A stretch of 64,000 bases of DNA, from positions 47,988,001 through 48,052,000 of the forward strand of contig NC_135758.1 of the NCBI RefSeq assembly GCF_052425735.1. Reading direction: 5' to 3'. Of the stretch, positions 25,001 through 37,200 are shown one piece after another. The notes below the pieces were generated by a model that was not told the DNA's origin, did no database searches, and was given only the letters and a program-made list of their open reading frames with translations. Positions within the stretch are counted from its first letter, which is position 1. Each line of letters begins with the position of its first letter. The DNA is from Oculina patagonica. Lineage: Eukaryota. The translations under genes and the position numbers were made by a program.

Positions 25001-25888
25001 TGTAATACAGCGTTTGGGTCCCCTGTAGATATGCTCTTAATTTGCGTGCTGCAGATTAAGCGGACATTCTTAACATGACGTCTAGTTAATTAAGGAGTCC
25101 GTCTTGCCGCTCGCGCGTTGCCCGCTCTGTCTACAGTTCTGTCTCAACTAAAGGCCCTGCAAAACGAGAAAATATGCTTTCACTGAGAAATTCGTAACGC
25201 ACATGTTTCCCAGTTTTCAGTTTTTCCATACGGGAAGAATTGTTTCCAGCGTCAATGTTGTCTCCAAGAAGCAAAATTTGCTTACGCTTCACCGCAGAAA
25301 CATTTAGTGTTTCGTGTTCCGCGTGAGCATGGAACCATGACGAAACGAGAAACAATAAAAAAAAAACATTGTCTCTAGCTTCTGCAGGCCAACAGTCTGT
25401 TGCCGACATTCTCAGTAGAAGCACTTACTGTGAGCAAAATGAATTGAACCCACGCTAAATCATGGATACGATTTTAATGAGCCTTGGCCCGGAGTGCCTA
25501 ACATGGCTAAAAGTATGGATGATCAATTATGATAACACCCCGGATAACAATGATAAGCCAAGTGCTTTAGAGCAGGATATATCCAAGGCGATATGTGAGC
25601 GGCACTTTTGATAAGAGCAAAGTCAATAACGACTTCGCGAAAGAGAAGAAATAAAATCACTTGGGCACACTTAACAAGTTCGTCATGTATTGCCGAGCTT
25701 TTACATAACACTCACCTGTCATTTTGTAGTGGTATTCCTTTCACGTTGTTTATTCCTGTCGGCGCGTAGTTCCAATCCTTTTCTACAGCTGCAATGTAAT
25801 AATCGCGGATCTTTGATGGACAGCCTTTATGGAAGAGAGCTACAAGCAACATTAGACAAGCTATCATCTGTGTAGACGAAGGCATCAT
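12420..25888 (-). CDS. Hephaestin/ceruloplasmin-like six-domain multicopper ferroxidase, ~1115 aa, 14 exons, signal peptide and GPI-type C-terminus; 1-nt frameshift in exon 6 as assembled
   Basis: Exons (-): 25716-25888, 23265-23698, 22618-22935, 21156-21474, 20225-20420, 18416-18654, 17688-17858, 16999-17199, 16253-16499, 15602-15844, 14838-15063, 13881-14201, 12725-12890, 12420-12514. All introns are GT-AG with matching phases except exon 6 (+1 nt). Motifs: YYIAAVEKDWNYAP, MHPHG, AYHSH, GLIGAILTCKKG, VHTVHFHG, WLLHCHVNNHLTGGM. Confidence 0.95.
13158..13814. mobile_element. Non-autonomous DNA transposon with TTAA TSD and GG...CC ends (Kolobok-like)
   Basis: TTAA|GGACGTTCGCGC ... GCGCGAACGTCC|TTAA. 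Shares GGGGGTCACC and GCGCAGTAAGGATGCGCA with the 53300 element. Confidence 0.85.
14505..14732. mobile_element. Two small adjacent palindromic MITEs (14505-14606; 14668-14732)
   Basis: TAGTCCAGTCC...GGACTGGACTA and AATCTCGTACCCAGAT...ATCTGGGTGCGAGATT. Confidence 0.6.
18237..18370. mobile_element. Small MITE; a related copy lies at ~10277-10357 in the opposite orientation
   Basis: Imperfect TIR CCCTAGGCGTTCT / AGAACGCCTACTAGGG; both copies share CTCTTCGG(A/T)GACGTCACCGCTCACG. Confidence 0.5.
18721..19745. mobile_element. Nest of about four hairpin-terminated non-autonomous elements (AACAATTAGAC...GTCTAATTGTT family, Crypton-like)
   Basis: Hairpins at 18752-18872, 18994-19098 and 19381-19497; subterminal inverted pairs TAGCATAACC/GGTTATGCTA; an outer copy is split at ~18721-18750, ~19541-19580 and ~19706-19745. 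Confidence 0.7.
22209..22355. mobile_element. Palindromic PIF/Harbinger-like MITE
   Basis: GCCCCAGTGCTCAAAGGGCGGATAACGTTATCCACCGGATAAATCACTATC ... GATAGTGATTTATCCGCTGGATAGCGTTATCCACCCTTTGAGCAACTGGGC. Confidence 0.8.
24668..25025. mobile_element. Fold-back MITE with ~143-bp TIRs (CAGGGGACCCAAACG...), probably Tc1/mariner-type
   Basis: Arms 24668-~24810 and ~24882-25025 are near-perfect reverse complements; the right flank is TA. Confidence 0.85.
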
Positions 25889-27321
25889 CTTCGAGTAGCT
25901 CAAAAGTTTCCAGCTTCAGTCCCGGGGCTTCAGTACGCCCAAGATAGACAACTGAATAATTTGATACGCAAATACGATCTTGATAATACCCCAAAATAAG
26001 TTTTCTTTTCAATAGTGTTGACCCCAGTGTATGACTTACAGCTGAGTATGTCTATCATGCATGGATAATTGACAGATTTTTATTATTTAATTAAGTACTA
26101 GATACTTGTAACGTATAACTCAGTTAAAATATATTTGTCCTTTTTTTTTTTTTTCAGATAATGCCATGTTCTCATGTGGATGTTTTGTTTTTGTTTGTCT
26201 ATAAAGAGAAGGATTTTTTTTTACGTGAATGTGAGACTAAGGATGATAAAGTACTGTTATTTAAATGTGGACGCCATTGGTGTAGTGTTTATTATGTTGT
26301 TGTAAAATTTTGACATAAATTAGATCTTCCCTCCCCTTCCTACTGGATAAAGACAATAAGCCGTAGCGGAAGGAAGCATAAATAAAACATAGCCTGTCAT
26401 TTTGAAATCCAGACTACCGTGACCGACCGACCTGATAAGCAAAAATTCATTATTAAGACTTCTTTAAAAAAGAAACCTTGGCGCTTTTAAAACAGACTTA
26501 CTAGGCTGGGTTTAAGCGCTGCAACATAGGCGCAGCTAGTATCAATCATCAAGTTTTTTTTTCCGTGATTTATAAAGATCACGTGGTATATTTCGTTTTG
26601 GGAACAGTTAATAGCACTATAGGATCAGATCAGTAACGCGCGTAAAGAGGGCAGAGCTCGAAGAAGTTTGAAATCAAAGACAAAGATAGGACTTTTAAAC
26701 CGGAAACGTTGTACATGGACGGGGAGCCGGGGGCGTGGGCTTCCTTCCTTGTTTATTTTTTTTTTCCAAAAAAATAAAATTGGGGAGAAAGTTTTTTTAC
26801 CCCCCCCCCCCCACTCCCCCCCCCCCCCCCCCGGTCAGTAAGTTTATTTCATCAGCATTTAATTTCAGTTTGTTTTAGTTATTTTGTTTTCCAAGATCAC
26901 CCGTTTTGTATGTGCATAGCTAGATTTGTTATTCTCGTCTCGTGTGTAGAACCGTTTTCCCGCTATTAGTAATTTAGCTTTATGTAGTAATTGTAATTTC
27001 AGTCGACCACATCGTATTAAATCAAGGAAATATATAAATCCAAAATAGTGACAAAGACTGGGTCATTTTCCTCGGTAGTATAGTGGTGTGTGTTTAAGAA
27101 AACAAGTTTCCGTGGCAAGATTTTACTTGTGGCACAGTTCAAGTCTGGACAACTACATTGGATGCCAGAGTGTTTTTTTCTTTTTTGCGGGGAAAAAGGA
27201 AAACCTCTGGAGCCCAGGGTTATTAAAACTACCAAATCCGTAAACTTGCGTTATCACAGCATGAAAATTGGGATTTATTTTAAATTAAAGGTGGTTATTT
27301 TGGTGTAAATTTGGTTTCATT

Positions 27322-27323
<2 letters not shown>

Positions 27324-27373
<50 letters not shown>
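27324..27373. repeat. ~50-nt poly(T) run
   Basis: Direct reading. Confidence 0.9.
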
Positions 27374-27378
<5 letters not shown>

Positions 27379-27794
27379 TTATATAGGTTTTAAAAAAATA
27401 TTATTTAAAAATACTTTTTTTTTTTTCAATTTTTTCATCGGAACAAGGCAAATATATTAGCTATGACGTCAACACGTGAAATCGCTACGTACACAAGGCA
27501 GAAAATGACAAAAAAAAATCCTTGTGGGACAAATCAGTGTTTCATAACGTTTTGTAAAGCTCTTCCCCTTTTTTTAAAAACCCAATTGCTTTTTTGCTGA
27601 CATTTTAGTTTTTTACGCAGTGAGTGAAAATTGCTTAAATCTGCCACAAGCGTCTTCCCAAGATATTATTTTCAGCTAGTCCTGAATTTTCGACTCACTT
27701 CCGTTTAGGGACTTCTCAAAACGCCGTAGTTTCCGGGCTCACGTTTAAACCACGCGCGAGCAACGAAGCCGCGAGAACGTGCTCGCGTCGCTCG

Positions 27795-27900
27795 CTGATC
27801 TGAATTGTCAGCTGTCCTCTCGTGCGCTGGCGAGAGGGACTCGCCCGCGCCCCTCCTCTGGGGTGTTAGGACGAGAGGACGGCTGACAATTCAGACTAGT
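27795..27900. mobile_element. Small MITE with TIR TCTGAATTGTCAGC(T/C)GTCCTCTCGT
   Basis: Inverted arms at ~27799-27823 and ~27869-27894. Confidence 0.65.
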
Positions 27901-29196
27901 CGTTCGCTGGCTTGTTCTCGCGCTTTCGCTTACCGCACCATATTCCGGGCGAGAATCATCCACACGTATCCCAAGTACATGTATAAAGTACTGTTATCGT
28001 AGGGCGCTTTAAAGCGATTTCGGGGAGTATCCCACAAAAACGGCAAGCAATTCACACAGAAAGAAGGGAAGGCGTTCTTATTGTATTTCTTTTCCGTTTT
28101 TGTAACTTTTAATACGTTGGTTATGCAAACTCTTATTTTTACGCAATTTACAATGCCATATGAAAAGTTGCTTGCGATTCCTGTGGTTTATCACTACTTC
28201 CCCGCTCGGTTTTACTACGATTCAGTTCGCGCTCTCGAAAGAGGAAAAAATATATGATAAAACGCTAGCTACAGGTCTAAAAGAAGAATATCTGAGGGCC
28301 TCGGGGGTGGGGGTGGGGGTCCTTTATTTCCATTGCTCCCGTTACTTGAAACAAACGAACAATCCAAAAACATCCCTTTTCTTCGTGAAAGAAATGAACA
28401 CGGTCCCTTGTTCTCAAAAACCCCTGGGAGCTCCTCATATCTCTACCACGACTGGCCCTCAAAACTCACGATTTACGCTTCAAAAGGATTTCAACAAAAT
28501 CATGTTCACTAAAGAAACTTTGGTCCTTATTTCCCTGCAATAGTTATTCCATATCTGCTAGATTAGCGGCTTAGCCACATGGAAAAGGTTTAAACAGGTT
28601 TAATATCGCTGCACGTCCCAAGGATAAGTCCCAGCTAAGATTGCAATTGCCGAGTTAAAAACTGGTGATGGAATAATGTCACCAATTTGAAGGGGATATG
28701 TTTGGTAAATGTAAAACAAATAACTCCAAAAGAGTAACCCAACAAAGATTGGGATTCAAACGGCGCTGTTCTGCTAAAACAATACACTTTGGGCTGTGCT
28801 TTGCAATTTATTATTTAATGATTGCCGCTGGTAAGCGTGGAAACTGAAAACATCAAGATGGTCAACGTATATTTCAGTAATTTGTATAGACCTCTCTATT
28901 CAGTCACAGACCGGGAGTTTCTTTTCTTTTCTGAAGTCGCGTAACACATACAGTGTACATCTAACGTTTGGAAGAGTTAATGATGCTTTTGTTTTCTGGA
29001 GATACAGACAGCAGGGACGATCTCTTCATTAATTACATGTAAATGTACCTAATAATTCTGATTATATGATAGTGAGAAAGGCCCTTGAAAAGTATGTGCA
29101 TATTATTTTACACGCATACAACATACAGTGGCATGTTTTCCTTGTACGTGCCATTGTAGTTGTTAATTTTAACAGACATGATATTTTACAAATATC

Positions 29197-30941
29197 TCAA
29201 TCAACTGAGAAGTCCTGACGCAGTATTCTTTTTTCTTCCTCCACATAACTCTTTCCTCGGGAAGATTGTCCTTCATCACGTTTTCTTTTCTCTTTTTGCC
29301 GGAAATTTTCTGTTTTCTGTTTCTTTGGTGCACTTTCTCCTGAATAACAAACAATAAGGTTATCATGTAAGGATTGTTATAAAGCAAACGGTTAGTTTCA
29401 GTGTCTTATTTTCGCATTTTCCCCTTACTGTTGTTCAGACAAAATTTGACCAACTAATTATAACTATAAGAACTTCGTCTTTAATCTGCAAAAAGCACAG
29501 GTTGCCATCCAGAAATCACACACCCGAGGCCGTGTGGCATCTGAGTGACACTTCCAGATTAATGATGGCAGTGCAGTTCTATGAAACTGACGCCCACTAA
29601 AAGGATCTAATCCAAAGTTTCCAGTACTAATGTTAATAATCATCATATAATGATAATGAATTTATATAACGCAAGCCTAATATACAGCAATCTCCCTTTA
29701 ACAAGAGACTCTATGTACAGAGTGTCTCTATCAACAAAGGACCTCATCATGCACTCATTATGCTGCACGAAAGAGCCCCTGAGAAACAAGTCATTGTTCT
29801 AGTGCCGAAATACTGGGGCATAAATGACAGCAACCAACAAGAGACACTACTCAGATTTCTTGATTAGATCTCATATGGGATTGGACATGTGGAGAGAGTT
29901 CTTTGTTTAAATCAAGCTTCTTAATCATTAGACTAAGTATACGTCTTTACTGCTCAGTTGTCCCTCTCGTGAGTTAAGGTTGAAGATTTAAAAATTCTGT
30001 TTTCGGACTGTAAGCATAAACTATCCCAGTACAAGTATGGATAAGGACTGTTGTGACTTTAAAGTGTCATATTAACTCACCACATTTGTGTCTGTTACGC
30101 TACGCAACAAGCGGGGTTTGGCAGAAAATGCAAAGGAACAAGGCATTCCAGTCGAGGCTATTGCTACAATGACACACCAGGTTAATTTTTATCCTAAAAT
30201 AATTGACACCAACATGTGTCAAGCCACTAATCCAGCTTGAGGTGATAAATTTTAAAATTTCCTGCTTGATATCTTTTTGGGTTCTGTTTAATTTCCTGAC
30301 CAATAAATGTAACTCTACCCCCCCCGCCCCCAATCTGGGGGAAAAAAAATAAATGTAAGAAAGTCGTCATGAAGTTACAACAAAGATGCCTGTCTAACAC
30401 TGATTCAACTTTATAAGTTAAGTTGTTAAACAGTACCGCACGTTCATCAGATTAGCATCTCACCTCTATCATTCAAAATGTTCAGGGCAACTTTCACAGA
30501 TCTTTTATCGTGAACGACCAAATGCTTCTGTATGTCCGATATTTCCTTCCCGTATTTGACCGGCGCTGATGATATCACGGCATCTTCGTATTCTTCACTG
30601 TCTCTGCTCTCTGCTGCAGGAGGAAACTGCACTGGAGGAGCTGAATATGTATTTGGTTCATAACGCTTTGACAATGAGTTCCAGTCAACATAGCTTTCCT
30701 CCTTAGTTTCTAAAAACGCTGGTCTTCCCACGGTCGCAAACAAAGTTGTCGGAGAAGGCAATTTTGTCTTGGGTGACGATGCCTTCTTTGCAGTGCTGGA
30801 TTTAGATTTGCTTTCTTTATCTTCATCTGCGTCGTTATCGCTTTCCGAATCTGAACTAGAGCTGGAATCTCCAGCGGTAAAGAAAGACAACGGGTCTTTT
30901 TCAGCAACGCTTTCATCCTTGTCTGAATGTTCATCCGCCAT
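29197..30941 (-). CDS. C1orf52: UPF0690 protein C1orf52 homolog (DUF4660), 206 aa, 2 exons
   Basis: complement(join(29197..29339,30464..30941)). EKDPLSFF...SSSSSD...KLPSPTTLFATVGRPAFL...VDW matches the C1orf52 pattern. Exon 2 reads KEKRKRDEGQSSRGKSYVEEEKRILRQ. Phase-1 GT-AG intron. Confidence 0.85.
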
Positions 30942-31089
30942 ATTGAATTTTCTGAACACATAGCAACATAAACCAGCGGTTTTACACAAAAGTAGAACCC
31001 AGGCCCGCACATTCCACACAAAAACATTTATATGGCGTCGTATCTTTGATTATTTTATGAGGCAAACATTTCTCGTTGTTCTTGCGAAA
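30942..31089. promoter_or_regulatory. Very compact bidirectional promoter/5' UTR region between C1orf52 and C9orf78 (148 bp between start codons)
   Basis: Divergent ATGs at 30941 (-) and 31090 (+); a YY1-like ATATGGCG lies at ~31030. Confidence 0.7.
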
Positions 31090-32636
31090 ATGCCGCAAAG
31101 AAATTACCGAAAACGCCGTGAAACGGAAGAAAGCGACGATGATCAACAGGAACCAACTTCAACAATTGAAGCAATCGAAGAAAGAAAAGAACTGCAGCGG
31201 TTTCGTAAAAGGCAAGCAGGAGTTTCTGCCGTGGCTCTTGCTCTTGGCAAAACGCTGGCACCAGATGAAGAGGTGGAAAGCGATCCTTTCAAGCTAAAGA
31301 CAGGAGGACTTGTAGAATTGAACAGCTTGATACAGGATAGAAATCGTGATAGAGAAGGTGAAGACAAAGAGAAATCCATTAACCTGGAGGCAAATTTTGC
31401 TGCTGAGACGAACAGAAGAGACGAGGATACACACATGTTAAAATACATTGAAGACGAGATGGCGAAAAGAAAAGGTGTTCAACTGGACAAAACCGTCCAA
31501 AGCAAGTACGTATTTAAGCTCTAAGAATAACCTACATGTGGATTGCAATTTAAAATGATTAGAATAGTAGACGCTACCTTTTGTGGTTGTTTGACACTCT
31601 CACTGTTGTTGCAGTTCTAGAACATTGTAAATCTGCCAACAGTGTGTGTTGGTCAAAGAGCCGTAATTAACAAATAAATGAACCAAGTGGAGCAAAATAA
31701 GTTTTTTAAGCCCAGCTCACACTGTCCGTATCCATCTTTGAGCTCAAAATCTTTTAATATTTTCTTCTGGCCTTCCCAAGTAAAAAAAAAAACTGATGTA
31801 TAGGATGAATTTGTTTTACTTGTGTAGATGTACAGCTGTAGACTTTGTCAGTTTGTCTTGAGAATGTATCAATTTAAGTTATAATAAACAATAATTTACA
31901 TTGCAGACCAAAGTCAAAGGAAGATTTATTGTACCAAGTTCCTGAAAACATTAATGTGCGGTCAAAGATTATGGCATCGGAAGAAATGTTGTCAAATCAG
32001 ATGTTATCTGGTATCCCTGAAGTGGATCTTGGCATTGATGCAAAAATAAGGAACATTGAGGCTACTGAGGAAGCTAAACAAAAAGTCATTGAGGAACAAA
32101 GGAATAAGAAATCAAGAGGACCTACTGAAATGGTGCCGACGAACATGGCTGTCAATTTCATGTTGCACAGTAGATGTAAGTTAATATTCATTCATGTTTT
32201 ACTTTTGATCCAAGTTTATCTTACAGTTTTGATGAGAAAATTTATATAAAAATTAGAATGGAACAGTTTTGTCTATAAACTCAACTTTCCTTAAATCCTG
32301 GCTTCCCCTTTGTGGAACAATGAAACTAGATGAGCTAACAAATTAATCTTTTTTTCAGTTTTTGATGAGCAAAAGAACATTGACGCCGAAAGCAAGAGAG
32401 CTGCTGCTGCTAGAGACAAAGCAAAAGCACAGGAACAAGAGAAAGCAATCAAGAAACCAACAGTGAAAGCCATTAGCTCTGCTACAACATCAAGCAGCGA
32501 AGCCGAGAGAAGCGAAGCTACTGTGGCAGCTGTCCCAAACAAAAAGAGAACTGGCGACAAGGTTGAAAAGGCAACTGATGACTTCTTTTATGAGAAGTTT
32601 AAGAAACGTGCCAGAGACTCATGGAGATATCAGTAA
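31090..32636 (+). CDS. C9orf78: Splicing factor C9orf78 / Tls1 homolog (Hep_59 family), 320 aa, 3 exons
   Basis: join(31090..31505,31907..32175,32359..32636). Motifs DPFKLKTGG, FAAETNRRDEDTHMLKYIE, SEEMLSNQMLSGIPEVDLGIDAKIRNIEATEEAK, VPTNMAVNF, EKATDDFFYEKFKK. Confidence 0.95.
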
Positions 32637-33057
32637 AAATGTATTCATTATAGAGTTAATTACTGGGATCATGGATTTGCAATGTCCATGGTGATATGGA
32701 TTGTTTTGAAGGGGGCCCATAGGAAGATACAGCACAAAGGAACATACTGTACATCTTGGACAATCAAAACCTGGAATGGAAGTTTGCACATTTAACGTAC
32801 AACTTTCTATAGCTGAATAATATTCACTTTTGTTGAAAATTCTGAGAAAGATTAAACTCAGTTGTCACAAGTGTGAGACAAAGAAAGAAACTGAGACCAT
32901 TGATGAGAGTGGAACTCATGACCTTCTGATCTTTATTTAAGTTTTTGGCTAAACTGCAGAATACCCTGCAACTTATTTGCATCTTATGTAATAACAATAG
33001 CTTCTATTGTTTCATTCCTCATTCTTCAAAGAGTTCCGACTAAGAGAATGACATTTG

Positions 33058-34075
33058 CAGTGGTGGATCTAGGGGAGGGGCCTGGTGGGTCCTGGCCCCC
33101 ACCTTATTTTAAGGTGGCTCCATAGGGTAATCACATATGATGTGGCGCGCGCTAGTGTCATACTTTGAAATGTAATTTTGCATTCATTTTTAGTCCTAGT
33201 TCGCTAAAACTTATTAAATGCAATCAGCAATGATGAAATAGTGTTCTACAATCATCTCTGTTAAAATAATGGGTTCAAGTTGAGAATAAGACTACCCAAA
33301 CAAATGTGTCTTTTAGTGTTTAGTTGGCTTTAAGTGCGATTTTCTACAATTTCCTTCGGTGAAATCTTCGGAAATTTTCACAGTACTTGGATATTACATG
33401 GAAAAAATTTTAAACAGGAAAAAAGTAAGGGTTGTAAAGGCAGATTCTTTGTTATCTAGAAATTTGTGTGTTTTACCTCTGCAGAAAAACATGGCTTATA
33501 GATTTTCTTAAAAAACGAGCGCCACGTAAAGCAGAATAATTGTAACCCCGTGCCAAATTTTACGAAATTTCACTGAAGGAAACTTGAGAAAAACCACACA
33601 AAAGCTGCCATTTTTCCCCCAGACATTTGTAACAAAAACGTCAGCAGAATAGAAATTATCTAAGATCGCTATTTGAGCGCGTCAACGTTGAAACCACTAG
33701 GCGCTCGATAACAGTGTTTACTGAGCGTTTGATGCAATTTCATGAAGAAGATCTACAAATTCATAATCTTTGGAAGATTAAACAACATTGTCCGGCCTCG
33801 GAAATCTACTACGGATAAAGCTATCCTTTGAAATGTTTAACATAAATCCGTGGTTGATCATTTTTGTCTGAGCTCGCGTCAGCTCACGCGCGCAGATTCC
33901 AAATGCTTGCATCATCAGCGTGCACGCTCATAAAACCCTAGTATGGAGCCACCTTAAGGCCAAACTGAGGCCTGAAGGGCCAAGAAAATTGTTTTTTGAG
34001 AGCGGGCCCCGTTTTTTTTTTCAGGGTATGGATGATCAGGTCCCCAACTAACCTTAAGGTCTGGATCCACCACTG
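33058..34075. mobile_element. MITE with CAGTGGTGGATC TIRs and 6-bp TSD (CATTTG), interrupted by a Kolobok-like element
   Basis: CATTTG|CAGTGGTGGATC ... GATCCACCACTG|CATTTG. Confidence 0.8.
33113..33953. mobile_element. Non-autonomous DNA transposon with TTAA TSD and GG...CC ends (Kolobok-like), nested
   Basis: TTAA|GGTGGCTCCATA ... TATGGAGCCACC|TTAA. Confidence 0.85.
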
Positions 34076-34291
34076 CATTTGTGAGGTATTCTGAAGTTGC
34101 CTGGAGAATATCAGCCCTCAATCTTTTCTGCATGGACTCTGCTGCCCTAGATTTGTACTCTCAAGACCAAGGATTACACCTGGTATTTTCTCAGAATGGC
34201 CCTTGTGCTTGGATATAAGATATATTTTAACACTAGTCAGGGAACAGTGTTTTTTAAACTGTGTAACTATTTTAATTTTAATTATTTTTTG

Positions 34292-37200
34292 TCATTTTAC
34301 TATTGATAAATTACATTCACCAGCCGTGTTGTCATCATGTTTTGTTAGAAGTTTCTCTTGTTTGCTGCCACTAGTTTGGCGAGTGCCCAAGAATATATTG
34401 ACTGAGGCTAGAGCATTTTTTGCCCAGTCTGGATAATTGTTATCTGGAAACATCCTTTTCATAAATCCCTGAACAAATTCAGGAAACTTGTCCTGCTTGA
34501 TGCTTTCTCTTAAATCTCTCATTAGCTGCATCTAGAATGATAATAAAACACAAATTAAAATTCTATCATGTACCGTGTCTATACTTGATTGAAGAACCGT
34601 TGACCCATGAAAAGCATATACCATGAACGATGGGACCCAAATGTTTACTGGGAAAACGAAAAAAAAAAATCGTTGTCTGTGACAGAATAAACATGATAAT
34701 AAAACAGGTTGAATAAATCAAGCCTTAAGGCTCTCAAAGAAAGAAAATATCTTGATTATCAATAAAAGGAACATTACTAAGCTTTCCAAGGCTGTCTACC
34801 CAGAATACCAGTGGGTCATATAGTCCAAAGTTTACCCCCGATATGCTTTTTACAGGGTCAACATTTCTTCAATTAGGTATAAGGTACATGCATGACTCAT
34901 GACACATTATGATTACACTGACAGGGATGTCGCTAAGGGCCGGCTGCCGGCTAATTTAACTGGCTGAAATAGAACTTTAATCCGGCTGAAATTTCACATG
35001 AAAACAAAGGCTTGGGTAAGCTTTTAGAGCTACCAAGGCCAGAAAAGCCAGCTGGGCTTGTTGATGAGCCGACTTAGTGTTTTCTTAGCTACATCCCTGC
35101 ACTGATAGAACAATCAGTCATGTCCTTGCCCTCAAGAATAACTTTCAAGTATCCCTTGTTTTCAAGAACAATTATCCCATTTTAACAAAATTGTACTGGG
35201 ATGTGATTGCAAATTGCAGGCCAGTATTTAGATGACATGACACCAGTATGAATTTCCCTCAGTTCTCTCACTTGTGTGTGAAAGCCAATAAGTCTGCAGG
35301 GCTTCTGATAATTCGCGGGAAAAAAAGTGAAATTTCACGGGATTTGAAGAGACAAATTCGCGGAGAAAACGGCCAATTTCGCGGCATTTTCGCGGAAATT
35401 TTCGGGGCAAATTTTCGTTGACAAGCAAACAAGAAAGAAAAAAAGGAAGATTCCTGACAAAAATATTAGAAGGATGTCAAATTCAGGGCAAGAAAAAAGA
35501 CACAAAAATTCATCCAACACAATTCTGAAGGCAACTGTACTTGTTTCAAGCGGTAAGAAAAACGAATAAAGCTTTACCGAAATGCTTGGCCGGTTAACCT
35601 CCTTTTTCAGCTGCAATTCAGAGCCGAAAACCGTAATGCAATAAACTTATTTTCTCCACATCGCTCTCTTGTGTTGCTTTGCAGTTTCCAAGGTAAGATT
35701 GCTCTAGATCAAAGGTTTAAATCCATCTGTGAAGTCAAAACATTCTTGTGTCTTCATTCGTGTACGATTAAACGTGTGCCTGCATTACTACAGACAGCAG
35801 TTTGCTTTCACTTCCTGTAGTGTCAACGAAAAGTCTTCTTTGCCACCAGTCCCCAGGTTTTCGCAACATCAATCTAAGAACGCCTGGTAGTTTGGTACGA
35901 TGTTTACTCGTGGCCTTGACGAAATTTCAAGATAAATTTGCACGTTTATGGCAAAGTAAACAGCTCCAACAGCCAAGATAAGTTTCAAATATGTTGAACT
36001 GACTTGTATTTGGTCGAATTTCTAGCGAATTTCGCGGTATTTCACATGTTTTTGTCAATTTCGCGGGATTTTGCGGATATACCTGAATTTCGCGGCTCCG
36101 CGACCGCGCGAAATTTCAGAAGCCCTGAGTCTGCCAGGAGTGATGAGAGCTGGCTGTAATTCAGGCCTGGTGCATGTTCATTCTGGTGTTTATGCAGCTC
36201 AAATCATCACAACAAGCAATCCCAATGAAATGTTTTTTTAGTCAGAGCAGGTAGATTCTATATTCAAACACTGAAATTACATATTAAATTATTTCATTTT
36301 TTACCGTACCCAAATTCGCAAGTGTTTGATATTGGCACAGATATTGGCACATCCAAATTCGCAAGTATTTGAAAAAATATCAAGTCACTGACCTGATATG
36401 TCACGATATCATGGACACTTTCAAGTAAAGTAATGTTACCATCCGATGAATTAAAAAAGGTTTTACCAATAAAGCAGATAGCTAGTGTTTACCGGTCGTA
36501 AAAAAGTACAAACTTTCTCGCCAAAACTAAACTTGAGTGCGCCCACCAACTGTGTGATGTTTGCCGACAAGCACTGAAACATTTAGACTGAAACAATGGA
36601 GTCAGAGTTCCCAAACTTTTCGCTAAATTCTGAATTTGGGTACGGTAAGCGGCATATCAGGCTCGTTTGGTCTTGCCATGGGCTTGTATAAGTACAATGT
36701 GATAACATTTTATGTGCTATTAAAAAAAATTACATTGTAAATTATTCAACAATTGCCTAAGTTGTGTACTTCTGTGACTCACCTGGTAATTAATATTATG
36801 AATGGTTAACAAGTGACAAGCAACTTCTTCCCTGCCCAATAAACTGTTGATGTAAGCCCTGGTGTAATGTTTACATGTCAAGCATTCACAATCTCTGTCG
36901 ATAGGTTCAAAGTCCATTGCAAATTGTTTATTTTTCAAGTGAAGTTGACCCCATGGTACCAAAGCTGTGCCAAATCTCTGCAGTTGGATTCAAATCAAGA
37001 AAGTTAAAAAAAAAAAATATCAAGAAGGTGAAAAGTGAAAAATCAAGGTAAATCTATATTTAGTATGATGCCTGCTAGAGGTGAGAATTACTTGTCTAAG
37101 GCTGGAATGAGCAGGGCTTGAAAAAGCATGAATTCCAGCTTGCTTCTTCTGACAAGCAGCTCTCAAATTTTGCTTGGAATTCGTAATTCCATGCACCTTT

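Noticed and set aside
25889-26050. Iron-responsive element in the ferroxidase 5' leader
   Set aside because: No CAGUGN-loop hairpin on the coding strand.
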